From a virus (lineage: Duplodnaviria > Caudoviricetes), in IMG/VR virus record IMGVR_UViG_3300022217_000166, positions 1 through 27,385 of that record: DNA of 27,385 nt; one strand, given 5' to 3'. Position 1 is the stretch's first letter, and the number at the start of each line of letters is the position of its first letter. This document shows, piece by piece, positions 7,724 through 15,354 of this stretch. Below the pieces are notes generated by a model. It was given only the letters and a program-made list of their open reading frames with translations. It was not told the DNA's origin and did no database searches. The translations under genes were made by a program, and so were the position numbers.

Positions 7724-8501
7724 TAAATAAATCTTTTTGATCTTTTACAACTTTTGCAGAAGCATCTTCAGGGATTTCAATTTTATCTTCTTCATGATCA
7801 ATATATTCAGGATCATCATTTTCATTAATGACTGATTGATCAAATTTAATTCCTTCCTGAAGGTCAGTTGAAAGGGGGGCAAATTTGGAAAGTACATTTT
7901 TTATAACAGTCTTAAGGCCCATCTTCTCAAAATCATCTTTCCACGGTCCGAAACCTGCCTTAAAAGCCTGAGAATATCTCAAGGCGTGTTTATTCATATT
8001 TTCAGCAGGCCAATAAACAGTTTTATTAAACCCGTTTATCAATTCTAAATAACAGGCAAAACCAATTAATTTCTGACTTTCTTTTTTATCAAAATCAAAA
8101 TCAAGTTTTTCGGTTAAAGGGTCAAAGCTTATAAGTTGACCTTCATAAATTGCAAGGGCGTTAAGGCGTTTTATCTGTCCGGACCTTAAAGCAAGCTGAA
8201 TAAAGCCTTTATAACCGATTTGAAATTGAGCTTCATACTTATCTTTTTTGGTATTTTTAAAAGGAATTATATACGCAAAGCCGAGGTTTGGCTCAATAGG
8301 AAGTTTTAAAGAAGCGGCCTTTGTTGCGGCTGCCAATATTTCAAGCTTGTTGCAACGCTGCAATTGATCTGAGTTATTTACAATTGAAATCAGGCTTGCA
8401 ATAAAGCCCCCTGCATTTTTATCAAGGATTTGCTCAAACCTCTTGACCATTACAGGATTATTAAAATATTTAGCCGTTGTTATTTCTGTGGATTTTGACA
8501 T
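7710..8501 (-). CDS. recT: RecT family single-strand annealing protein
   Basis: LPIEPNLGFAYIIPF, AQFQIGYKGFIQLALRSGQ and PWKDDFEKMGLKTVIK motifs. Confidence 0.95.
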   Translation of the reverse strand: MSKSTEITTAKYFNNPVMVKRFEQILDKNAGGFIASLISIVNNSDQLQRCNKLEILAAATKAASLKLPIEPNLGFAYIIPFKNTKKDKYEAQFQIGYKGFIQLALRSGQIKRLNALAIYEGQLISFDPLTEKLDFDFDKKESQKLIGFACYLELINGFNKTVYWPAENMNKHALRYSQAFKAGFGPWKDDFEKMGLKTVIKNVLSKFAPLSTDLQEGIKFDQSVINENDDPEYIDHEEDKIEIPEDASAKVVKDQKDLFNEKK

Positions 8502-8513
8502 TTTTTTATATGT

Positions 8514-8711
8514 TTAGTTAATTTTTAGATTATTCTTTTTACAATATTGTTTAAAAGCTGTATTAAGATATGCATCATGTTTTTCTTCAGGATTGCCGAA
8601 ATAATTAAATCTCATTAATTTAGCTGTTTTCCCGTCTGATAATATAATTCCGTAACAATGATCATATTTGTTTATCTTACCATTGCTTTCAATTAATTTT
8701 TTCGGTTCCAT
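8514..8711 (-). CDS. Hypothetical protein
   Basis: 65 aa, packed in the operon. Confidence 0.7.
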   Translation of the reverse strand: MEPKKLIESNGKINKYDHCYGIILSDGKTAKLMRFNYFGNPEEKHDAYLNTAFKQYCKKNNLKIN

Positions 8712-8916
8712 GTTCTTCAGTTATGATTAATTTTATTTGAATTCCAAGTGTATCACAAAGGGCGTTCAGGGCCTTATAATTGATGTTTTGCTTATGGTTC
8801 TTGTATCTGTAATAGTTTCGGACCTTAATCCCTGAGGCAAGGCATAAATCATCAATAGTAATATTATATTCCTTTCTCTTTCCCTCTAATATGTCAATAA
8901 TTTGTTTTTGAGTCAT
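8689..8916 (-). CDS. XRE/Cro-like helix-turn-helix regulator
   Basis: KRKEYNITIDDLCLASGIKVRNYYRYKNHKQNINYKALNALCDTLGI fits an HTH_3 pattern. Confidence 0.85.
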   Translation of the reverse strand: MTQKQIIDILEGKRKEYNITIDDLCLASGIKVRNYYRYKNHKQNINYKALNALCDTLGIQIKLIITEEHGTEKIN

Positions 8917-8940
8917 TTGTCTTATAGTTTATTTTTCTTT

Positions 8941-8972
8941 CAAAGATAACTATTATTTATTTAATGTGCAAA
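8941..8972 (-). promoter_or_regulatory. Bacteroidota-type promoter for the HTH-RecT operon
   Basis: TTTG-N20-TATCTTTG on the minus strand. Confidence 0.75.
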
Positions 8973-8995
8973 TAATGACATGAAAAAAATAGCAG

Positions 8996-9340
8996 TTATT
9001 CTGATAATATTGTTTCTCTGAACATCTTTGTAAATTCTTCTTCAAGCTTAAAATAATTTTCAGGATAATCAAAATCTTGAAAATACACCATTAAATAAGT
9101 CCCGGAAGAATCCCCGCCCCCTTGAATTTGTGGTTTTCTGTTTTCTGTTAAGATTTCTCTTATTCTGTCGGTTGCAACCTTTAAAGAATTTTTTCTGTAT
9201 TGAGGAAGAAGCTCCCAATCATATATTTTAAAATCAAAATATAAAACCATTTCTTCTCCTTCAATAAATTTAATGTCTTCTTCAAGATAATCAAACCCTT
9301 TAGAATCGGTTGCTATTATTGGAAATGTTTCTGTCTTCAT
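8996..9340 (-). CDS. Hypothetical acidic protein
   Basis: 114 aa, with the start-associated repeat. Confidence 0.8.
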   Translation of the reverse strand: MKTETFPIIATDSKGFDYLEEDIKFIEGEEMVLYFDFKIYDWELLPQYRKNSLKVATDRIREILTENRKPQIQGGGDSSGTYLMVYFQDFDYPENYFKLEEEFTKMFRETILSE

Positions 9341-9350
9341 TGTTCTGTTT

Positions 9351-9518
9351 TTAAATGTTTGCTTCGTTTTCCTGTGTTATAAGGTCGTTTATTGCCTCTT
9401 GTTCAGTTTTACCGTATCCAATTAAATCGCCTTCGTCATACCATTCTCTTACGGCTTCCCAATCATAATTTCTTATTGGTATCGGTGGGTAAATGTGATT
9501 TGTAATAATTTTATTCAT
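9351..9518 (-). CDS. Small phage protein (55 aa)
   Basis: Manually found: MNKIITNHIYPPIPIRNYDWEAVREWYDEGDLIGYGKTEQEAINDLITQENEANI. Confidence 0.75.
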   Translation of the reverse strand: MNKIITNHIYPPIPIRNYDWEAVREWYDEGDLIGYGKTEQEAINDLITQENEANI

Positions 9519-9544
9519 GATTTTAATATTCTTTTTGTTTATTA

Positions 9545-9703
9545 TTAATGATATTCTATTGTCGAATTTGCTAAACGTGCAAGCCTTTTGAATTCTTTTT
9601 CGGCTTCTTTAAACGTGTGAAACGCCTCTTTTATAAATTCATCTAAATAATAAGTATTATATACTCCAGATTCAAATGTTTGTAAAGTTTTTTTAATTTC
9701 CAT
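9545..9703 (-). CDS. Small hypothetical protein (52 aa)
   Basis: Manually found, MEIKKTLQTFESGVYNTYYLDEF...; the ATG lies within the 21-bp repeat. Confidence 0.7.
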   Translation of the reverse strand: MEIKKTLQTFESGVYNTYYLDEFIKEAFHTFKEAEKEFKRLARLANSTIEYH

Positions 9704-9713
9704 TGTTCTGTTT

Positions 9714-9926
9714 TTAGTTTGTTAAAGAATTATAGTATTTCTCACAGTCAAAAACTAATTCAAGTTGATTCAATCTAACATTATAAGCCTTTATGGTTAA
9801 TTCAGTTACAAATTTACTGCCTGTCGTTTTATAATTATACTGCCTTTGATATAAATCATTTAATCCCTCTTTTACATCTTCGATGCTATAACAATTAGCA
9901 GGTGCATATTTTTTCATTTTTTTCAT
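9714..9926 (-). CDS. Hypothetical protein
   Basis: 70 aa; its stop codon lies inside the 21-bp repeat. Confidence 0.7.
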   Translation of the reverse strand: MKKMKKYAPANCYSIEDVKEGLNDLYQRQYNYKTTGSKFVTELTIKAYNVRLNQLELVFDCEKYYNSLTN

Positions 9927-9954
9927 TATTCTGTTATTTGAGTTAATAAATCGT

Positions 9955-10080
9955 TTATCTTTGTTTCATTGATTTTTTACAGTCATTTCGATTGTCATAA
10001 ATATTACATCCGCTTATTTTATTGTGCCGATCATAAAATTCACATTTATTTGTTCCGCACCTTTTTGAAATTTCACACAT
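9955..10080 (-). CDS. Small Cys-rich protein (41 aa)
   Basis: Manually found: MCEISKRCGTNKCEFYDRHNKISGCNIYDNRNDCKKSMKQR, with 5 Cys. Confidence 0.55.
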   Translation of the reverse strand: MCEISKRCGTNKCEFYDRHNKISGCNIYDNRNDCKKSMKQR

Positions 10081-10094
10081 ATTTATTATATTTT

Positions 10095-10331
10095 TCAAAT
10101 GTTGGTTTTGGTAAGCCTCTTAATTGATTTAATCCTAATCATTGAAAATTTAATTTTAAATAAATCCCCATTACTAAGGAGTATTTTTATATCTTTTCTA
10201 TCTGAAGATATTCCAATATGTAAAATATTATCTTTATCAAAGTTTTCAAAAAGGCTTTTTCTTTGCCTGTCATTTAATAGTTGTAAATTGTAACTTGAAA
10301 ATCCTTCTTTATGGCTTATTAAATTTTTCAT
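10095..10331 (-). CDS. Hypothetical protein
   Basis: 78 aa; the ATG lies within the 21-bp repeat. Confidence 0.75.
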   Translation of the reverse strand: MKNLISHKEGFSSYNLQLLNDRQRKSLFENFDKDNILHIGISSDRKDIKILLSNGDLFKIKFSMIRIKSIKRLTKTNI

Positions 10332-10347
10332 TGTTCTGTTTTTAGTT

Positions 10348-10428
10348 TGCGGCTATCTGAGGAATCGAACCCCTTACTTTATTATTTCAGTATAACCATT
10401 GAAGCCGGGAAGCCGTTTAAGGTACGGC
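10348..10428 (-). ncRNA. tRNA-like structured element (T-arm plus acceptor-like stem) with upstream hairpin
   Basis: Minus strand reads CGGCTTC...GGGGTTCGATTCCTC AGATAGCCG CA. There is no canonical D stem or 7-nt anticodon loop. Confidence 0.55.
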
Positions 10429-10436
10429 AAGACCTT

Positions 10437-10628
10437 TTAATCTATTACTAATATTTCAAATGTAGAATGTCTTAAAATATTCCTCAATCTTTCTACTCTA
10501 TTCTTTGCATCTGAATACTTTTCATAAATAAACATATCTAATCTTTTACTATTTGTTTTTACCCTGAATCTTAAATTAAAATTTAATGATTCGTTTCCGT
10601 TTTCTTTTAAAATAATTGTATTTTTCAT
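10437..10628 (-). CDS. First early gene, hypothetical (63 aa)
   Basis: Start re-assigned to MKNTIILK, which lies just downstream of the promoter in an AAACAAAGACAATG context. Confidence 0.75.
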   Translation of the reverse strand: MKNTIILKENGNESLNFNLRFRVKTNSKRLDMFIYEKYSDAKNRVERLRNILRHSTFEILVID

Positions 10629-10651
10629 TGTCTTTGTTTTTAAATTATAAT

Positions 10652-10683
10652 CAAATATACGTATAATATATTTAACTGACAAA
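10652..10683 (-). promoter_or_regulatory. Leftward early promoter
   Basis: TTTG-N20-TATATTTG on the minus strand. Confidence 0.75.
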
Positions 10684-10685
10684 TA

Positions 10686-10726
10686 AAACATGATAAATCT
10701 GTCATGTTTATGTTGTGTAACATAAA
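10686..10726. promoter_or_regulatory. Two overlapping inverted repeats, candidate operators
   Basis: AAACATGA-N8-TCATGTTT (10686-10709) and TTTATGTT-N4-AACATAAA (10707-10726). Confidence 0.5.
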
Positions 10727-10820
10727 AAGTTCCCGAAATTAGGATGTTAAAATAAAAGTTATTAACTTTACATTTCAATAACTTCTTCTTTTATATATGT
10801 GAATTTTAATTATCTATTCA

Positions 10821-10851
10821 AAGGCCCTGTTAATAAATAGGGCTTTTTTTT
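10821..10851 (+). terminator. Intrinsic terminator
   Basis: AAGGCCCTGTT-AATA-AATAGGGC hairpin followed by T8. Confidence 0.7.
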
Positions 10852-10895
10852 GTAAAAAAAATGTTGTAAGTTTACAAATTAAACCTTGAAAGTTT

Positions 10896-11069
10896 ATGTT
10901 AATTGATAATTCAAAGCTATTTAAACCGGGTAAAGGATTTAAACCGATAGTTAAAAAAGAGAAAGAAGAACAAGAACAAAATCCAAATCTTTTTTATTTT
11001 GAATCTGAAAAAAATTGGCTTATCAACAGCAATAAAAGGGGAAAATATAAAAAGAATGAAAAAAAATAA
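10896..11069 (+). CDS. Small basic hypothetical protein (57 aa)
   Basis: Manually found, MLIDNSKLFKPGKGFKPIVKKEKEEQ... Confidence 0.55.
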   Translation: MLIDNSKLFKPGKGFKPIVKKEKEEQEQNPNLFYFESEKNWLINSNKRGKYKKNEKK

Positions 11070-11217
11070 AGTCTATTACAATAAGCTTTTTCAAATATTA
11101 AACAATTCAGGCCATCCTGATCTTTCTTTTTATCTTATGTATGAAGCCCCTGGTAGTAAGATAATGCTTGAAATTATAATAATAGATAAAATTTCCTCTG
11201 TTTTGTTTCTAAATTAA
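11056..11217 (+). CDS. Small hypothetical protein
   Basis: ATG start MKKNKVYYNKLF within the 10999-11217 ORF. Confidence 0.5.
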   Translation: MKKNKVYYNKLFQILNNSGHPDLSFYLMYEAPGSKIMLEIIIIDKISSVLFLN

Positions 11218-11223
11218 AAAAGA

Positions 11224-11385
11224 ATGGTCAAGGATTGGAGGGAATTAACAACAGAAGAAATAAAAAATAAAATTAAAGAGTTTCAAAATGCTATATGTAT
11301 TACACATTGCAGAGATAATAAAAAAATATATTCTTCCCTTGTAAAAAAATGGGAAGAAAGGCTTAAAATTAAGCTGAATGAGTAA
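11224..11385 (+). CDS. Small hypothetical protein (53 aa)
   Basis: Manually found, MVKDWRELTTEEIKNKIKEFQNAICITHC...; overlaps the TerS start. Confidence 0.6.
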   Translation: MVKDWRELTTEEIKNKIKEFQNAICITHCRDNKKIYSSLVKKWEERLKIKLNE

Positions 11386-11938
11386 AGAAGAAGAAAACAT
11401 ACTAAAAGAGCTTACCGAAAAAGAAAAATCTTTTTGCAAACATTATATATTTGAATGGAATGGGGCTGACTCAGCAAGAAGGGCCGGATATAGTGAAAAA
11501 TCTGCTCGGCAAATTGCATGTGAATTATTGACAAAACCGTACATTCAAGCATATATAAAAGAAGTACAAGGGGAACTTGAAAAAAATGCCGGCATAAGCC
11601 GCTTAAAGGTCCTTAACGAGCATAAAAAAATTGCCTTTAGCAGTATGGCCCACTTGCACAATACGTGGATTGAACGCAAAGATTTTGACAAATTAACAGA
11701 TGAGCAAAAAGAATGCATTGAAGTTATTGATCATAAAACAATTGAGAATAAATGGGGAAAATCCGAACAGGTTAAAATTAAGCTATATGATAAGCAAAAA
11801 GCCCTTGATTCAATATCTAAGATGCTTGGTTATAATGAGCCTGATAAGATTGAAAATACTTTGAAAGGGCTTTCTTCAGTCGTTGTAAGTAAAGAAGAAC
11901 ATAAGAAAAAACTTGATGAACTAAAAAATAATTTATGA
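11378..11938 (+). CDS. terS: Terminase small subunit
   Basis: LTEKEKSFCKHY..WNGADSARRAGYSEKSARQIACELLTKP HTH, plus a KLYDKQKALDSISKMLG motif. Confidence 0.93.
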   Translation: MSKEEENILKELTEKEKSFCKHYIFEWNGADSARRAGYSEKSARQIACELLTKPYIQAYIKEVQGELEKNAGISRLKVLNEHKKIAFSSMAHLHNTWIERKDFDKLTDEQKECIEVIDHKTIENKWGKSEQVKIKLYDKQKALDSISKMLGYNEPDKIENTLKGLSSVVVSKEEHKKKLDELKNNL

Positions 11939-13089
11939 TTTTTTCTGACCTTTATTGGATTAATGTTGATGCGGTAAACTCAGGAAAAAGAAAAATAGTA
12001 AACCGGGGGGGATCTTCTTCAGGAAAAACAATTGCAGTCATGCAACTACTCAGGTTTATTGCAGAAAATAAACCAAATCAGTACATTCTTCTGGTTGCAA
12101 GATCTGTTCCAAAACTTAAAACAACCCTTTTAAAAGACTTTAAAAATATTATAATGGGTCCCGATTATGATCGTAAAAGTTATAATAAGGAAGATAAAGA
12201 ATATCTCTTTCCAAGCGGGTCAATCTTTAAATTTGCCAATGCATATGATGAAGATACTTACAAGGGGGTAAGGTCTGATTATGCTTTACTTGATGAGTGT
12301 AACACTTACCGAAAGGGAAAAGAAGTTTATGATCAAATTGAAATCAGGCTGAGAAGATGCATATTTTTAACCTTCAACCCTTCTGAGGAATTTTGGGTCA
12401 CCTTTGAAGTTGTTCCCGATAAAGATGCTATTGATATACATTCAACTTATGAAGATAATAAATGTGAAGGGGTTTACTTAGTTGAAAAATCAATTCGGGC
12501 CACGCTTGAAAGCCGTGCAAAGAAAGATGAAAACTTTTATAGAGTTTATGTAAAGGGTCAATATGGAGTTGCGGAGGGCCTTGTTTTTAAATTTAAGATC
12601 AATTGGGAAACCTATGAAGAAGATCCTGAAGATTATGATTCCGTTTATTATGGGGGGGATTTCGGCTTTACAAACTCAAAAACTGCTGCAGTTAAATTAT
12701 TAGTTGATCATACGACAAAAACAATTTATGCAAAAGAATTGTTATATCAGACGGGGCTTTTAAACAGTCAAATTGCAAAGATATTAAAGCCGGTTATTGG
12801 AGGCAGTCATATTATTTTTGATTCTGCTGAAGGAAAATCAATTGTAAGTTTAAGAAATGAACACGGCCTTAATGCAATTGGAGCAATAAAGGGGCCTGAA
12901 TCAGTAAAGGCGGGCCTTAATAGAATGAAAGAATGGCATATATTAATACATAAAGAGTCAAAAAACTTGCTGAATGAGTTCTTTAAATACCGGTATATTG
13001 ATAAAGAGGGATTAACAAATCAGGTTTTAAAAAAGAATGATCATTTAATTGATGCTATGAGATACGTATTTCTAAAATACAGACTTTAA
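11935..13089 (+). CDS. terL: Terminase large subunit, PBSX family
   Basis: Walker A GGSSSGKT, Walker B YALLDE, TFNP, nuclease GGDFGF and NDHLIDAMRY. Confidence 0.95.
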   Translation: MIFSDLYWINVDAVNSGKRKIVNRGGSSSGKTIAVMQLLRFIAENKPNQYILLVARSVPKLKTTLLKDFKNIIMGPDYDRKSYNKEDKEYLFPSGSIFKFANAYDEDTYKGVRSDYALLDECNTYRKGKEVYDQIEIRLRRCIFLTFNPSEEFWVTFEVVPDKDAIDIHSTYEDNKCEGVYLVEKSIRATLESRAKKDENFYRVYVKGQYGVAEGLVFKFKINWETYEEDPEDYDSVYYGGDFGFTNSKTAAVKLLVDHTTKTIYAKELLYQTGLLNSQIAKILKPVIGGSHIIFDSAEGKSIVSLRNEHGLNAIGAIKGPESVKAGLNRMKEWHILIHKESKNLLNEFFKYRYIDKEGLTNQVLKKNDHLIDAMRYVFLKYRL

Positions 13090-13139
13090 ATGTATAGTTA
13101 TTAACATAGGTTTATTAATTGTTAGTAACTTTTATTATA

Positions 13140-13166
13140 TTGAATAAAAAAATAATTGTAATTTTG
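13140..13166 (+). promoter_or_regulatory. Candidate promoter for the head genes
   Basis: TAATTTTG -7 box at 13159-13166 with an upstream TTG; the spacing is shorter than consensus. Confidence 0.45.
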
Positions 13167-13183
13167 TTAAATATCTTCAATTG

Positions 13184-14515
13184 ATGAGCCGAAAAAAAAC
13201 GATTGAGCAGTTAAGAAATAATAATGAACAGCTTAATAATAAAGTTGATGAACTTACCAACGCTATAAATACAGCAAAAAAAACATATACTCCGAGAATA
13301 TATTGGAATAAAGAAGGGAAAAAAATCCCTCTTTTTAATTTTAACAGCTCGGAACAAATAAGGCTTGCTGTTCAAATTGTTCCGGAGCTTGCAGCAACTT
13401 TGAGCTATTTGGGAACAGCTTTTTCCTCCGGGGAATTTAAAGAGATCATTAACGGAGAAGAACAAGATGAAAGCAAAATTATAGACCTCTTAAACAATCC
13501 CCACTCCTTATACAAAGGAACCTATCTTAAAAGAATTATTATTGAATATCTTATGGCATTTGGGGTATGTTATTTATATATGAATAACAACGGCTTAAGG
13601 GATAATACAGAAAACATTTCAATCCTTCCTTATAATACACTTCCTTTTGTCGGAGATGCAAATGTAAATGATTATTTACTCAGCTCTGATGATATAATAA
13701 AGAAATTTAAGTTTAATTGGGCCGGGGTTGAATATTATATTGATGATCCTTCAAAGGTTGTTTCAATTACTTGGAATACTGAAATATCAATTGAAAATCA
13801 ATATCTTATTTATCAAAGCCCTTTGAAGCCTTTGGAATCTGCTTTAATGGTAACCCCTGCAATGTATGATACAATGCAAAATTTAATGAATAACTTTGGA
13901 ATGCGGGGCTTTATTTCAAATAAAACAACCGATTCGGGGGGATATTATCCGCTTCAACCGGATGAAGAAGAAGTTGTTGCAAAGAAATTTAAAAAATTCG
14001 GACTCCGGGAAGGTCAACAACAATTTGACTTTGTTAATTATAACCTTGAATTTACTCCCGTTTCTTCTCCTATTAGAAACATGCTCCTTCCTCAGCAACA
14101 AAAAATGATAAAAACAATTATCTCAGATGTATTAAATTTTGATACGGTCCTTCTAAATAATGATTCGGCTAATAAATATGCAAACTACGTGACTGCAAGA
14201 AAGTCAATGTTTACAGAAAATTTAATTCCTACAGGAAACAATATTTCTGAAGAATTGTCTTCTTATTTCTATAAATTTAAGAAGAATCAAGAAATAAAAA
14301 TTGACTTTAACCATATAGATGTATTTACAGAAGATGAAAAAGATAAAGCTGAAGCAATTAAAAAGGTTTCTGAGTATGTTATATCTTTAAATGAAGCGGT
14401 TAAGGCTGAAAATATGAGCAGAGAAACAGCCATTTCAACCCTTACAATAAACGGTTACTCAGAAGAAGAAGCTGAAAGCTTGATTTCTATACCAACAAAC
14501 TCAAATGAATTATGA
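13184..14515 (+). CDS. Portal protein (HK97-like)
   Basis: Follows TerL; LLNNPH, FGVCYLY, QSPLKPL and KYANYVTARKSMFTENLIP motifs. Confidence 0.88.
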   Translation: MSRKKTIEQLRNNNEQLNNKVDELTNAINTAKKTYTPRIYWNKEGKKIPLFNFNSSEQIRLAVQIVPELAATLSYLGTAFSSGEFKEIINGEEQDESKIIDLLNNPHSLYKGTYLKRIIIEYLMAFGVCYLYMNNNGLRDNTENISILPYNTLPFVGDANVNDYLLSSDDIIKKFKFNWAGVEYYIDDPSKVVSITWNTEISIENQYLIYQSPLKPLESALMVTPAMYDTMQNLMNNFGMRGFISNKTTDSGGYYPLQPDEEEVVAKKFKKFGLREGQQQFDFVNYNLEFTPVSSPIRNMLLPQQQKMIKTIISDVLNFDTVLLNNDSANKYANYVTARKSMFTENLIPTGNNISEELSSYFYKFKKNQEIKIDFNHIDVFTEDEKDKAEAIKKVSEYVISLNEAVKAENMSRETAISTLTINGYSEEEAESLISIPTNSNEL

Positions 14516-15348
14516 AAACTAAACAAGACAAAATAAATACTCCTTATAAGATTAAGTCTAATTTAGCGACTTATAAAGAAATTGATGAAAGTAAAAGGAT
14601 TGTTCAGCTTATTGCAAATACATATAATTTTTATGATTTTGATGGGGATGTTTTGAGAATGGGTTGCTCATTGAAATCAATAAAAGACAGGGGAGCAAAA
14701 TCAAATGCTTATGATAAAATCCTTCATGCAAAAGATCATAATCTTCAGGACCTTCCCGGGAAAAGTATTCTTGAGGTTGAAACGGTCCTTGAAGGAAACC
14801 CGGTTTTATATTGTGAAACAAAATTATCAGAATCAACAGATGGGGAAGATTTACTTACAAAATATATTGAAGGTATTTATAATCAACATTCAATAGGTTT
14901 TCAATATAAAGTAGTTGAATATGTAGAAAAAGAAACTGAAGCCTGGGATGAATTTTTAAAAGATTTAATTAACCCTGAAGATGCAATTGCAGAGGGTTGG
15001 GGATGGGATGTAAAGGAAATAAAGTTATTTGAATTTTCAACCGTTGCACTCGGAGCCAATAAATTAACTCCTTATTTGGGCGTTAAATCAACAAATAAAA
15101 ATGTATATTTAGCAAACATTTATACAAAAATGGATGCTTTATTTAAAAAACAAATATCAGGAAATATTAAGAATCAACATAATTTTGACTTACAACATTT
15201 ACAACTTAAACAGTTGATAAAAGAAATGTTTTCAAACTTTTCCGGTCAGGATACTTCATCAAAAGAAGCCATTTTGAAAGAAAAATTGAAACAGCAAGAA
15301 AGTCAAAGAAGAAAAGAAGAAGAAATATTTTTAAACAATTTAATTTAA
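14512..15348 (+). CDS. HK97-family prohead protease
   Basis: DFDGDV, catalytic-like DH, HSIGF and EIKLFEFSTVALGAN motifs. Confidence 0.9.
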   Translation: MKTKQDKINTPYKIKSNLATYKEIDESKRIVQLIANTYNFYDFDGDVLRMGCSLKSIKDRGAKSNAYDKILHAKDHNLQDLPGKSILEVETVLEGNPVLYCETKLSESTDGEDLLTKYIEGIYNQHSIGFQYKVVEYVEKETEAWDEFLKDLINPEDAIAEGWGWDVKEIKLFEFSTVALGANKLTPYLGVKSTNKNVYLANIYTKMDALFKKQISGNIKNQHNFDLQHLQLKQLIKEMFSNFSGQDTSSKEAILKEKLKQQESQRRKEEEIFLNNLI

Positions 15349-15354
15349 TTAAAA

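Larger units (their letters stand above)
9338..10349 (-). repeat. Start-associated direct repeats (CAAAC)TAAAAACAGAACAATG x3
   Basis: 21 bp identical at 9701-9721 and 10329-10349; the 16-bp core recurs at 9338-9353. Confidence 0.85.

Noticed and set aside
9338-10349. Start-associated repeats as a CRISPR array or integron attC sites
   Set aside because: Spacing is irregular and hundreds of bp, the repeats are not palindromic, and no cas or integrase gene is in the window.
10348-10407. Functional canonical tRNA or amber suppressor
   Set aside because: It is too short, has no D stem, and has no 7-nt anticodon loop or CUA anticodon.
10629-10778. N-terminal extension of the 113 aa ORF 10437-10778
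   Set aside because: It runs through the promoter and inverted repeats; ATG 10628 has the proper start context.
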